IMG/VR virus record: IMGVR_UViG_3300006068_000011
Location: 1-24,463 of that record
DNA: 24,463 nt
Strand: one strand, 5' to 3'
Origin: a virus
Lineage: Duplodnaviria; Caudoviricetes
The translations under genes were made by a program, and so were the position numbers. How positions within the stretch are numbered: position 1 is the stretch's first letter; the number at the start of each line of letters is the position of its first letter. This document shows positions 1 through 6,195 of the stretch, piece after piece. The notes under the pieces were generated by a model. That model was not told where the DNA came from. It ran no database searches and was given only the letters and a program-made list of their open reading frames with translations.

Positions 1-99
1 CCAGTCAAAAAATTCTTTTTGTTCTTCGGTAAATTTAGATTTATCGCCGCCTAAAATGTTGATGATATCCTTAGTAGATTTTAATAAATCATAACTCAT
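1..99 (-). CDS. Hypothetical protein, 5' part only (MSYDLLKSTKDIINILGGDKSKFTEEQKEFFDW...), runs off the window
   Basis: The ATG at 99 overlaps the TGA of the upstream gene (ATGA coupling). A GGAG SD lies upstream and the frame is open to the window edge. Not in the supplied ORF track. Confidence 0.75.
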   Translation of the reverse strand, partial: MSYDLLKSTKDIINILGGDKSKFTEEQKEFFDW

Positions 100-872
100 C
101 GCACTTCTCCTCTTTGCTTTTTGTACTCATCATGGTCAATAGATATAAACTTGACCAATCCAGAACTGTCAAAACCAAAGCCAGGGGCTAACATGGTCAG
201 GGAACATCGACAATGGGGGTGTAGTCCATTTACAGAAGGGTTTGATTCCCCTTTTTTATGATACGTAAATTTCAATTCACTTACTTTCCATACCCTAGGT
301 GTGACCCCGTCCGAAAGCAAATGCAATCTTTTGCACTCGCTGCATACTTTATCATCTTTACTTGTCACAAAAAACACAGTAGCATCCTGAACATTTATGC
401 TATCCGCTACTTCCGAAATCCTGAGCAAAGCTCCCATATTTTTAGCTTTAGTTCCCTCAGCTTCTGCAATTTTAATAAAATGCGATACCGATTTGTCCAG
501 TTCCTCTTGCATAATTCCTTTAATAACATCCTCTCTTGGCTTTGTCTTTGAAAACCTAGCCTTGAGCAAGTGATCAATCACCCTGCTTTTTATATTTTGC
601 GTAGTCGTTTCTTCTAATTTAGCAATGTATTGGTTGGCTATTGTTAAAATATCGTTAAGAACATCCTTTTCTTCTTTATTTAGCTGACTAGGTGTTTTTT
701 GTATATTGGCAAAAAACAAACGCTGTAAATTGGCTTCGCTAGGAACGGCAGAGCTAGAAAAAACAATGCTTTTACCCTGAGCCTCTTGCTTATATTCTCC
801 CAAAACCGTAGGCCGCAAGGCATCAAAAAATTTTTTAACGGATTGCTCTACATACTGGCGTATTGATTTCAT
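96..872 (-). CDS. Phage head morphogenesis / minor capsid protein (MuF, SPP1 gp7-like)
   Basis: C-terminal D-x-x-V-C-x-x-C motif (DDKVCSEC) and the hallmark HPHCRC motif, preceded by a helical region with IAEAE resembling the IARTE motif of the family. Confidence 0.85.
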   Translation of the reverse strand: MKSIRQYVEQSVKKFFDALRPTVLGEYKQEAQGKSIVFSSSAVPSEANLQRLFFANIQKTPSQLNKEEKDVLNDILTIANQYIAKLEETTTQNIKSRVIDHLLKARFSKTKPREDVIKGIMQEELDKSVSHFIKIAEAEGTKAKNMGALLRISEVADSINVQDATVFFVTSKDDKVCSECKRLHLLSDGVTPRVWKVSELKFTYHKKGESNPSVNGLHPHCRCSLTMLAPGFGFDSSGLVKFISIDHDEYKKQRGEVR

Positions 873-875
873 ATC

Positions 876-1394
876 CTACTCTAGCTTAATCTTGCCTGTG
901 TTGATAGCCTTATCATAATCACCTTCTAATTCCTTTTTTTGCCTTTTCCATTTATCCAAAATCTCTCTCACCATTTTTTCTTGTCCAACGATGTTCTGTT
1001 TTTGCAAATGTGTTAAATTTTTATTAAACACTCCGCTTAAGTTTAATATGCTTTTTTCTGCTTTTTTAGAATAAATGTCCTCGGCTTTTCCTAAAAGCTG
1101 CTCCAACTCTCCCACTTTTTGAGTCAAAAGCCGTTGTTCAGAAGATAACTGTTGCGGATCTTGAGGCATTTGTTGATCCAAAGTTTGTTGATCGCCCCCC
1201 ATACCCTGTTGTGCTTCTTGGGCCCCGCCCATTTCTGGAGTCCGCTGCATCATGCTGGCCATTTGTTGCCATTGCGCCTCTCTTTGCGCTTGAGCGTACC
1301 CCTGCTCAAAACCTGTGCGAAAGGCAGTGTCAATAGTATTAAGAAAAGTTTTTTTTAGCGTTTTGTATTTTTGCTCCCAATTAATTTTGGACAT
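876..1394 (-). CDS. Hypothetical protein with coiled-coil ends and a Gln/Met/Gly-rich linker, possibly head-associated
   Basis: 172-aa ORF with a strong AGGAGG SD, ending 3 nt before the MuF gene. The function is inferred from position only. Confidence 0.75.
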   Translation of the reverse strand: MSKINWEQKYKTLKKTFLNTIDTAFRTGFEQGYAQAQREAQWQQMASMMQRTPEMGGAQEAQQGMGGDQQTLDQQMPQDPQQLSSEQRLLTQKVGELEQLLGKAEDIYSKKAEKSILNLSGVFNKNLTHLQKQNIVGQEKMVREILDKWKRQKKELEGDYDKAINTGKIKLE

Positions 1395-1409
1395 GGTCCC
1401 TCCTATTTA

Positions 1410-1976
1410 TTATTTATATCGTATATATCGTCCGTGGGCCAAAGAGCCAGCACCAAATGTTCTGGTTAAATTAATAACGGCTTTAGAAGGTTTATAATGG
1501 GCCTTAGCAGTTCCCTTGTTTCTTGCCCCTATAGCAATACCGATTTTTTCATTGTAAGAACCCATGGACACTGGCAATCCGAGTGTTTCGCACAGGTCTT
1601 TCATGGCTTTTGCAGGTATGGCTTGAATTTCACCATTTTTATTTGCTTTTATGTTGCTAATTTTTTTAGATAAAGCTTTGTGCCTTGCCGCCCACACAAT
1701 ATCTTCACCGATATTTGGCACACTTGATTGCCTTGCGTTTGCATAGTCGGACTGCGGCATATGGGGGTTTTGTTCGATATTTTGCAACATAATTATGCGC
1801 TCTATTGGCAAGCCCTTCTCATGCTCAGCGTGCTCTATAACGGGTATAGACGGTTCTTTGGCCGTTGTTTGAGGAAACTCGTTAATAGTCATGTTTTTTG
1901 GGGGCAATCCCTGTTCATGATAAACATATACCCATTTACCATTTTTGTCCTGATATTTGCGAATATATTTATGCAT
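1410..1976 (-). pseudogene. Truncated remnant of a large polyvalent protein (LPD1-associated zincin-like metallopeptidase region)
   Basis: Likely start is the ATG at 1976 (MHKYIRKYQDKNGKWVYVY) after a GTAGGGG SD. The C-terminus DLCETLGLP...IGIAIGARNKGTAKAHYKPSKAVINLTRTFGAGSLAH resembles the LGLAFGARG...AHYEP...VINLT...GAGSLAHEWxH motif of polyvalent-protein peptidases, but it ends HGRYIRYK-stop instead of HExxH. Confidence 0.7.
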
Positions 1977-1995
1977 AGATACCCCTACAAACAAT

Positions 1996-2003
1996 AAGAT
2001 TAT
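1996..2003 (-). promoter_or_regulatory. ATAATCTT motif, candidate phage late promoter
   Basis: Same 8-mer as at 14412, 17064 and 24026; about 20 nt upstream of the ATG at 1976. Confidence 0.6.
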
Positions 2004-2301
2004 GCCGCAACCTACAACTTTTAATAAAAATAAAGCGCTTTATACCTCCAACTCAAGGCTGACGGACCTACCATCACTCGACCAACAAGAGCTATTGCCC
2101 CCTTAACCTATCGCAATCCATTGGCTAGGCCTTGACCGTATCATATCGTGCACATTTCTGCTTACAAACTATTTTTGATTTTTTTAGCCTGTCAAACCTC
2201 TACCAACTCAAAAGAGTCTTAAGCACATTGAAAATCTCAAATCTTACTTTTTCAATATTTAACCACCAGTACTAAACGGCAATATAACAAAAACCAAATA
2301 C

Positions 2302-2913
2302 TTATTTACGACGTTTTAGATAGCTCTTATCTGGACTGTGTTCTAATATTTCATGTGCCCAACTCTTTCCTCTATCAAAAAATTCATGAAAATCAGATAA
2401 AGCCAAATCGTCTAAAACGCTTACGCAATGTTCAAAATTAGCCCTTAAATGATTTTTTACGCTGTCATTATCTATGTATTTTAAGTACTTATTAAAAGCG
2501 TCCACCACGGCATCTTTATGCTCTTGCCACCACTGAGTAAGATGCGATTGCGCATCATACTATACCGACGGGTAGGTCTTTTGCTTTTATACTGTCCATA
2601 GTATCTAAAACTGACGAAACGGTTTTAGCATTCCGATTACTTTATCGCCTTGTTAATATCAGTTTCAGAACCGTCCCACCAAGCTTATCGCTCTTTTAAG
2701 AACCAGATCGCAAAAATTAACCAGCGAGGAATGGTGTGGGTTATCATTTGGATTTGAATATATTCCTAACTCTTTTGCCTTATCGATATTGAATTTGGTT
2801 TCATGGGGTATTTTTTAAGATAAACTTTTTGCGTGTAAAGCAATAATAAGGGTTTCGGGGAGCTTTTTGCTTGAAAATGATTTAGGTTTTAATTTTGCAG
2901 ACAAATTGTCCAT
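2302..2913 (-). pseudogene. Decayed gene of unknown function (in-frame stop plus apparent frameshifts)
   Basis: A GGGGG SD and ATG at 2913 begin MDNLSAKLKPK...; there is an in-frame TAA at 2815-2817, then the same frame continues KIPHETKFNIDKAKELGIYSNPND... to a TGA at 2665-2667. Protein-like text then hops frames (AWWDGSETDINKAIK; NAKTVSSVLDTMDSIKAKDLPVGI) and rejoins the original frame as YDAQSHLTQWWQEHKDAVVDAFNK...KRRK-stop. Confidence 0.55.
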
Positions 2914-2947
2914 AGCACCCCCACATATCTACAATACCTACAAAATA

Positions 2948-2955
2948 AAAATTAT
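2948..2955 (-). promoter_or_regulatory. One-mismatch variant (ATAATTTT) of the candidate late promoter motif
   Basis: Its context CATAATTTTATTTTGTAGG closely resembles CATAATCTTATTGTTTGTAGG at 1984-2004, and it lies upstream of the ATG at 2913. Confidence 0.35.
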
Positions 2956-2961
2956 GGCTAT

Positions 2962-2993
2962 AAAAAATACAAAAATGCCTATTTTTTAGGCAT
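2962..2993 (-). terminator. Intrinsic terminator candidate
   Basis: Perfect 7-bp stem ATGCCTA/TAGGCAT (2975-2981 with 2987-2993), followed on the minus strand by TTTTGTATTTTTT. Confidence 0.6.
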
Positions 2994-3249
2994 CTTAACG
3001 ATTTCTTGACAATTTTTAGGATTATTTTGGGTAGAGTACCCCGTGAAAAAATTTTAGAGATAGAAGATTCTTTTTTTTCAGGGAAACAATACCCACTCAA
3101 GACGCTAACGCGTCTTTCGGAGTATTGGAAACAAGCAACTGCTGCGAAGAAGCATAACGGCTTTAGGTACGCTTAACTATTTACTACTGAATAAAACCAC
3201 AAGCTGTAAACAGCTTTTAGAATCTGAATTTTTATGAATCTTATTATGT
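2965..3249 (-). ncRNA. Candidate structured non-coding RNA B (about 285 nt)
   Basis: Lies between a TTGACA-N16-TAAAAT promoter and the terminator at 2962-2993. Contains hairpins AAGCTG/CAGCTT, AAGACGC/GCGTCTT nested in CAATACTC/GGGTATTG (G-U pair only on the minus strand), and TGAAAAA/TTTTTCA. No SD-led ORF. Confidence 0.4.
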
Positions 3250-3255
3250 GTTCTA

Positions 3256-3283
3256 ATTTTATATTTTTATTTTTATGTGTCAA
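3256..3283 (-). promoter_or_regulatory. Sigma70-type promoter candidate
   Basis: Minus strand TTGACA (3283-3278), 16-nt spacer, TAAAAT (3261-3256), in a very AT-rich tract. A second TTGACA lies at 3310-3305. Confidence 0.55.
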
Positions 3284-3330
3284 TTTTTATGTTTCAACAA
3301 CCAATGTCAACAACTATATTCATTCCTATA

Positions 3331-3692
3331 CCCTTAAAGGGGAGGAGAGCCAAGGATGAAGAATTAGATTCCTAACATCATCATTCCGTTCCTTGGCTCC
3401 CCCGAAGGGGGAAGGAAACCAGAGGAAGGAATAGGTTTAGGAACATCGTCATCCTGAACATCATCATTCCGTTCCTTGGCTCCCCCGAAGGGGGAAGGAA
3501 ACCAGAGGAAGGAAGTGTATACCGGAATACAGTCTCCAGATCTTGGCTCCCCCGAAGGGGAAGGGAGATTAGATTCTGGATGCCAATATCCGAATATCGA
3601 TACGCTAACACAGATTCCAGAACATCAACAATCGAGCATCGTCATTAGGGATACCGTTTCCGTTCCTTGGCTCCCCTTTTTTTAAAAAAGGA
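3331..3692. repeat. Cluster of hairpin-containing repeats (CTTGGCTC core followed by a C-run/G-run hairpin)
   Basis: Exact 58-nt direct repeat at 3374-3431 and 3457-3514. A third partial copy CTTGGCTCCCCCGAAGGGG is at 3542-3560. A fourth, TTCCGTTCCTTGGCTCCCC at 3658-3676, is followed by a CCTTTTTT/AAAAAAGG inverted repeat. An inverted copy (GAGCCAAGGA at 3347-3356) is preceded by CCCTTAAAGGG. Confidence 0.92.
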
Positions 3693-4080
3693 AGACGGTC
3701 TTTAGACCGCAAGATTCGGATATTGTGTTCTGGATACTGTTGGAATGAATTAGTAAGATTGTGAAATTGTCTTAAACAACGATATTCAAAATCATCATTG
3801 TCCGTGACATTGGTTAACTTAAGTAAATAAATTGTGTTGTTCGGACCATCGTTATCTGCTTGATTGTTTCCTAATGACTATATCCAAATATTGTATTTTT
3901 GATTCTAACACCTCCTTTCTGTGTCGTTGATACATATAAATCTAACTACTATGTCCAAGCATCGGACAAAACTACGAAAAGCGTCCTGGACTACTAAATG
4001 GATGCATCGTTTTTATGAATATAAGTTATTAGAACAAACAAGCCGCCGACAACGAAGTTGGAGAGCGTCCGCTGTTTTTT

Positions 4081-4161
4081 AAAAAGAAAAAGAAAAAATA
4101 AAAAGCCCCACTACCTCTTTTGGGTCAATTTTCAAAAAAACGCATTAACCCATAAGAGGTA
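4081..4161 (-). terminator. Long hairpin plus U-tract, candidate 3' end of RNA A
   Basis: 18-bp stem pairing 4112-4129 with 4144-4161 (one mismatch, one pair that is G-U only on the minus strand). A 24-nt almost pure U tract (4104-4081) follows after 7 nt; this gap is atypical for a canonical terminator. Confidence 0.45.
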
Positions 4162-4557
4162 TCCTGAAAATTTTTTCTAGGAGGTCAGCATCTTTTGGCT
4201 ACAAGATGCAAGAAGCACGAGTCACGCTTATGGGCCCAAAAATACCCATAGGAGAATTCCTTGCCCCAGGGAATTGCACCCTAGGATTGGTTACGCATGA
4301 ACCTCGATCCCTCTAGGACCGCCTCCCGTCTCCAATGCGAGAAACGATCACGGGCCTTGTTTTCGAGACTATTACCCTGAGGGATTGTTTGTTTACGACG
4401 CCTAGAACCGCCGTTTAAGGTGATCCGCTTTGGGTTTATTGTTCAAACCCGTGCACTTTTGACTCACTCCTCTCTTGATTTGTGCTGACAAAGCCCTCGT
4501 CGTTATTTGTCCAAGGCATACCCCATCTACGTTTTTTGTAAGTATGCGGACTTGTCT
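4100..4557 (-). ncRNA. Candidate large structured non-coding RNA A (about 460 nt)
   Basis: ORF-free and visibly GC-richer than its flanks, packed with helices: GTCC/GGAC plus GCATAC/GTATGC (4509-4551), ACGACG/CGTCGT (4395-4503), GGGTTT/AAACCC (4432-4450), CGTTTCT/GGAGACG (4327-4346), T-loop-like CCTAGGG-TGCAATT-CCCTGGG (4265-4285), TATGGG/CCCATA (4229-4250), GCATCTT/AAGATGC (4188-4209). Bounded by a promoter and a terminator-like element. Confidence 0.55.
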
Positions 4558-4563
4558 ATGCAT

Positions 4564-4592
4564 ATTATATCCTAGAATGAGACAAAAAACAA
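4564..4592 (-). promoter_or_regulatory. Sigma70-type promoter candidate for RNA A
   Basis: Minus strand TTGTTT (4592-4587), 17-nt spacer, perfect TATAAT (4569-4564), with A-tracts upstream that resemble an UP element. Confidence 0.6.
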
Positions 4593-4618
4593 ATAATTAT
4601 TTTCTTTTTTTGTTTTTT

Positions 4619-4642
4619 TGTTATTATGTTTATTGTAGGAGG
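4619..4642 (+). promoter_or_regulatory. Extended -10 promoter candidate and SD of the RNase H gene
   Basis: TG-T-TATTAT at 4619-4627 and AGGAGG at 4637-4642, before the ATG at 4647. Confidence 0.45.
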
Positions 4643-4646
4643 TTGT

Positions 4647-5081
4647 ATGGATAAAATTATTGAGGTTTACACGGATGGAGGGTATAGGCCGCTACAAAGG
4701 GTAGGGGCTTATGCTTTTGGCATAAAAATAAACGGTAAGACCCGTTTTGAAGCAGGCATTAAAAAAGGCCATAACCTAAACTCTAATTATGTAGAGTTTA
4801 CTGCCTTTATAGAGGCTATTAAACACCTAAAGAAAAAAGGCGTCCTTAATAAGAGGGCTAATATCGTGGTCTATACCGATAGCCTAAACTTAAAAAACAC
4901 ATACGATGGGCTTTGTTTTTTTTACAGCTTAAAGTCTTTGAGTGCGACCATACGAAAAATCAAAAAACGTTATGGATCCATGATAGAGGTTGTTTGGGTG
5001 CCCAGAAACAGTGTGTTTGAGCAAAAAGTATGCGATTTACGATGCAATATGGCTATGGATCACGCTTTGGTTAAAAGGTAA
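4647..5081 (+). CDS. rnhA: Ribonuclease HI
   Basis: All four acidic catalytic positions are present in the expected motifs: IEVYTDGG, NSNYVEFTAFIEAI, IVVYTDS, and VVWVPRNS...VCDLRCNMAM. Start moved to the ATG at 4647 because of the AGGAGG SD. Confidence 0.9.
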   Translation: MDKIIEVYTDGGYRPLQRVGAYAFGIKINGKTRFEAGIKKGHNLNSNYVEFTAFIEAIKHLKKKGVLNKRANIVVYTDSLNLKNTYDGLCFFYSLKSLSATIRKIKKRYGSMIEVVWVPRNSVFEQKVCDLRCNMAMDHALVKR

Positions 5082-5427
5082 AGTTCAATATCAAACCGCC
5101 ACTTTGTTCGCCAAACCAGATAAAAGTATCATTCCTAAAAATAGGTATAACCATCCTTTTTCTTAAAAGGACGTCGCCTCCGTAAAGTATAGGGCCGTAT
5201 AAATACGGAGGAACGGTCGATCTGATAGCCGATGAAACATTATGCTCTATATTTTGCTCAATTAACCTTACTCCCCTGTCTATATCAGATCCGCCAATAA
5301 TGGCGCCCCCTACACGATAACATAAATTGGCTTGCTCTGGATAGAATTGGTATAAATAGGTTCTTTTGGCTTCTATTGGTGCGCAGGTGGAGCCTAACAC
5401 TAAAGAAATTAAAGCGCTTTCGATCAT
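5071..5427 (-). CDS. Hypothetical protein with hydrophobic N-terminus, possibly exported
   Basis: ATGA-coupled to the upstream gene; hydrophobic N-terminus; C-terminus GGLILNFTF. Its 3' end overlaps the convergent RNase H gene by 11 nt. Confidence 0.65.
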   Translation of the reverse strand: MIESALISLVLGSTCAPIEAKRTYLYQFYPEQANLCYRVGGAIIGGSDIDRGVRLIEQNIEHNVSSAIRSTVPPYLYGPILYGGDVLLRKRMVIPIFRNDTFIWFGEQSGGLILNFTF

Positions 5428-5744
5428 TTTGGTTTTGCTTTTGTTCTATAGCCACACGTGTTGCATTTTTTGAATGAGTAGGGGGTGTCTATTTTGTAGA
5501 ACACCACTTCTGACATTATGCCCTTACCGCATTGTTCGCATTTTTCGGCATGAAGTGTAGGGGTAACGTCCTTTTTGTTTTTATTCCTTTCTTGCTCGTT
5601 CCACAAACTTTCGTTAGCCCTTTGTAACTCGCCTATAGTTTCTATTAGCTTTTTTATTTCTAACTTAAGTTTTTCATTTTCGTTAATTAACTTGTTGATT
5701 TTGCTCTGTTTTTGTCGTTTTTTGTCTTCTCGACCTTTACCCAT
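5424..5744 (-). CDS. Coiled-coil protein with C-terminal zinc ribbon
   Basis: Heptad-rich helix followed by CEQC...CNTC. Confidence 0.75.
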   Translation of the reverse strand: MGKGREDKKRQKQSKINKLINENEKLKLEIKKLIETIGELQRANESLWNEQERNKNKKDVTPTLHAEKCEQCGKGIMSEVVFYKIDTPYSFKKCNTCGYRTKAKPK

Positions 5745-5747
5745 ATT

Positions 5748-6188
5748 TTATTCCCTATCAATCTTTTCCAAATCGTAAATAGCCAGAAAAGAACATGACC
5801 ACTTAATTGTATTTTGGGCCGAAATAGAAATAGCGATGTTGTCTATTTTTACATAAGGAAATAAAACTAAATCCTCTTTGGTTCTTCTTTTTTCGACTCT
5901 TAAAGTAGAATAGGGGGCGTCGAACATTTTTTCAAGTTTAGGTATTAAGTCCTCTGCTCTATACCAGTTTTCTTTATCCAACACCAAAACACCACTCATT
6001 GAGCCCTGAACACTTAATTTTTGCGATGCGATTTCTTGAGGGACAGGTATGTCGATCCCATAAATAGGGTATTCGTGGTATGATTTGGACCATTGAATAG
6101 TTTGTAGTCCAGGTATAAGCCGTTCGTTTAAAAAGACTCTAACGGCCGATCCGGTGAGAACAAAATGACTTCCCGACCCATTATCCAT
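5748..6188 (-). CDS. Tail-tube-like protein (tube paralogue or tube initiator)
   Basis: 146 aa and beta-rich. The pattern VLTGSAVRVFLN...LQTIQWSKSY...PIYGID..VPQEI....SVQGSMS resembles contractile tail tube proteins of SPO1/Twort-like phages. AGGTGA SD. Confidence 0.6.
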   Translation of the reverse strand: MDNGSGSHFVLTGSAVRVFLNERLIPGLQTIQWSKSYHEYPIYGIDIPVPQEIASQKLSVQGSMSGVLVLDKENWYRAEDLIPKLEKMFDAPYSTLRVEKRRTKEDLVLFPYVKIDNIAISISAQNTIKWSCSFLAIYDLEKIDRE

Positions 6189-6195
6189 AATTCAC

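Noticed and set aside
258-1997. Plus-strand ORFs 258-551, 1152-1358, 1315-1497 and 1728-1997
   Set aside because: They are antisense shadows of better-supported minus-strand genes.
2004-2300. Possible gene or RNA in the 300-nt gap
   Set aside because: Only short broken frames and no convincing helices; probably further decayed coding sequence, but I cannot support a call.
3006-3037. Plus-strand promoter from TTGACA at 3006
   Set aside because: No acceptable -10 hexamer at 16-18 nt spacing (TAGAGT is 20 nt away, TATTTT is 11 nt away).
2882-3100. 72-aa minus-strand ORF
   Set aside because: It has a TTG start inside a hairpin with no SD, and it runs through a terminator and over the SD/ATG of the pseudogene at 2913.
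3381-3685. ORFs 3381-3611 (-) and 3476-3685 (+)
   Set aside because: They overlap on opposite strands within the repeat cluster, lack convincing SD/start contexts, and their peptides merely mirror the DNA repeats.
3374-3692. CRISPR array or mini-array
   Set aside because: The repeat unit is 58 nt in only two copies and partial in the others, spacing is irregular (83, 67, 124 nt), one copy is inverted, the spacers reuse repeat words (AACATC, CATCGTCAT), and no cas genes are present.
4100-4557. tRNA, tmRNA, RNase P RNA or self-splicing intron
   Set aside because: Only a T-arm-like hairpin is present, with no cloverleaf, acceptor stem or CCA end. AAGTCCG lacks the GAGGAAAGTCC context and the 3' conserved region of RNase P RNA. 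No group I P7 or group II domain V motif is visible, and no gene is interrupted.
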